NCBI GenBank assembly: GCA_045635065.1
Contig: JAZRBJ010000018.1
Coordinates: 676-64,675, forward strand
Length of the DNA stretch: 64,000 bases
Direction of reading: 5' to 3'
DNA from: Faecousia sp.
GTDB taxonomy: Bacteria > Bacillota > Clostridia > Oscillospirales > Oscillospiraceae
In this document: positions 61,291 to 64,000 of the stretch, one piece after another
Position numbering within the stretch: position 1 is the first letter of the stretch
Layout: every line of letters begins with the position of its first letter
Notes under the pieces: generated by a model
What the model saw: the letters and a program-made list of their open reading frames with translations, nothing else
What the model was told of the DNA's origin: nothing
Databases searched by the model: none
Translations under genes and position numbers: made by a program

Positions 61291-62808
61291 TCACTGCTCT
61301 CCCAAATCCACGCTGCGGTAACGAATCGCTTCTGCAATATGCTGCGGGAGAATATTTTCACTATTGTCCAGATCTGCAATGGTTCTGGAAACCTTCAAAA
61401 TTCGGTCATAACTTCTGGCTGTTAAGCCAAGACTGTCAAATGCCCGTCGCATTAATTCCTGACAGATAGAATCCAAATTGCAATAGTTGCGAATCTCCTC
61501 CGGGCCCATACGGGCGTTACACATTCCGCTCTTGTCGCCATACCTTGCATTCTGAATATCCCGGGCATGATCAACCCTTTCTTTGACAGCAGCAGAAGAT
61601 TCCGCCTGGGCTCTGCTTCGAAGATTTTCAAAAGGAACCGCAGGCACTTCCACAACAATATCAATACGATCCAGCAACGGGCCGGAAATACGGCTGCGAT
61701 AATGCTGAACCGCCTGGGGTGTACAGGTGCATCTGCCGGAGGAATCTCCGTACCAACCGCATTTACAGGGATTCATAGCGCACACAAGCATGAATTCAGC
61801 AGGATAGGTTACCGTGCTGGCCACACGGGAAATGGTAACCTTGGCATCCTCCAAGGGCTGACGCATAAGGTCAAGGGTATCTTTTTTAAACTCAGGAAGC
61901 TCATCCAGGAACAGTACGCCTTTGTGGGAAAGGGAGATTTCACCGGGTCTGGGATTGGTGCCACCGCCGGTAAGGCCGGCATTGGAAACCGTATGGTGGG
62001 GCGAACGAAAGGGTCTGGATTGAATCAAGGGGTTTGCGGAATCCAGCTGACCCATCACAGAATATAACTGGGTAACCTCAAGAGATTCTTCCCAGGTCAT
62101 GTCCGGCAGAATGGACGGCAACCGCTTGCTAAGCATGCTTTTACCGGAGCCGGGCGGACCAATAAGCAGCACATTATGGCTACCTGCCGCCGCAACTTCC
62201 AATGCCCGTTTTACATTCTCCTGGCCAAGAACATCTTTAAAATCCGGGAGCATCCGTTCTTCTCTTGCAGGTACCCAGGCCGGTTCTTCCTCAATGGAGA
62301 TCTCTCCATTCAAGCAAGCAGCCAATTCTTTTACCGTATGCACCGGAATAATAGCAGGGCCCCGTGCCAGGGTTGCTTCCGCTGCATTTTCCTTGGGCAC
62401 AAATACCTTTGTAATCCCCTTTTGCTTCGCTGCCAATACCATGGACAGCACCCCGGTAACCGGACGAATGATTCCGTCTAAACTCAGCTCACCCAAAAAG
62501 GCACAGCCGGAGGAAGGTCGTTTTATACCACCGCAGGCAGAAATAATACTGAGCAAAATAGGAAGGTCAAAGTGTGATCCGCTTTTTTTCATGGATGCGG
62601 GCGCAAGGTTAACCGTGATTCGACTGGTTGGAAAATGCAAGCCGCTGTTCTTCGCTGCTGCCCGCACACGGTCTCTCGCCTCTTTCACGGCGGCATCCGG
62701 AAGTCCTACGATATCAAAGCCCGGCAGGCCATTGGAAATATAACATTCACAACGAACGACGCTACCCTGTATTCCATTCACAGCCATGGAATGAACGCTG
62801 CAGATCAT
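61291..62808 (-). CDS. comM: YifB/ComM Mg-chelatase-like AAA+ ATPase
   Basis: IVGLPD, VNLAPA, GPPGSGKSM, PFRSPHH, LFLDELPEF and LDRID. Confidence 0.9.
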   Translation of the reverse strand: MICSVHSMAVNGIQGSVVRCECYISNGLPGFDIVGLPDAAVKEARDRVRAAAKNSGLHFPTSRITVNLAPASMKKSGSHFDLPILLSIISACGGIKRPSSGCAFLGELSLDGIIRPVTGVLSMVLAAKQKGITKVFVPKENAAEATLARGPAIIPVHTVKELAACLNGEISIEEEPAWVPAREERMLPDFKDVLGQENVKRALEVAAAGSHNVLLIGPPGSGKSMLSKRLPSILPDMTWEESLEVTQLYSVMGQLDSANPLIQSRPFRSPHHTVSNAGLTGGGTNPRPGEISLSHKGVLFLDELPEFKKDTLDLMRQPLEDAKVTISRVASTVTYPAEFMLVCAMNPCKCGWYGDSSGRCTCTPQAVQHYRSRISGPLLDRIDIVVEVPAVPFENLRSRAQAESSAAVKERVDHARDIQNARYGDKSGMCNARMGPEEIRNYCNLDSICQELMRRAFDSLGLTARSYDRILKVSRTIADLDNSENILPQHIAEAIRYRSVDLGEQ

Positions 62809-62935
62809 AGCTTCGCCTCCTTACATATTTGTATTATCATACCGCATAACGCATAAAAACACAATCCCCAATTCATTTAATTCCGCAACAGACATTTTAT
62901 ACAGAAAAATCCCAGAATTTCCTGTAATATTTTGA

Positions 62936-64000
<1,065 letters not shown>

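Noticed and set aside
60016-61425. 469-aa ORF antisense to thiI, starting inside tRNA-Thr
   Set aside because: It overlaps a tRNA and a terminator; shadow ORF.

Overview
Core-chromosome window (about 60 genes) from a spore-forming anaerobic Firmicute. Gene content and order suggest Clostridia, probably Oscillospiraceae-like; that placement is inference. It holds sporulation and germination genes (cotJ, cwlD-like amidase, spoIIM-like, yqfC/yqfD, ylbJ, yunB, spoIIAA-AB-sigF, asnO-like, sleC-like), DNA repair and recombination genes (radA, xerC, xerD, uvrC, mutS2, recO, ligA, pcrA, exoA, comM-like), translation genes (T-box valS, T-box pheST, era, ybeY, thiI, tRNA-Ser, tRNA-Thr), a Re-citrate synthase/GntR/aconitase/isocitrate dehydrogenase operon, a bile salt hydrolase-family gene and the start of PFOR. 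I saw no prophage, IS element, CRISPR array or rRNA. The main observations are: (1) a SleC-type spore cortex hydrolase apparently split into three genes, with the normally fused N-terminal pro-region encoded separately; (2) a probable replication terminus, with a dif-like 28-mer close to both xer genes; (3) an inverted repeat forming mirror-image divergent promoters in an ORF-free 660 bp gap upstream of xerC; (4) a MazF toxin with no adjacent antitoxin; (5) an XRE-TPR regulator with no visible partner peptide. All family assignments come from reading motifs by eye; no database search was run.
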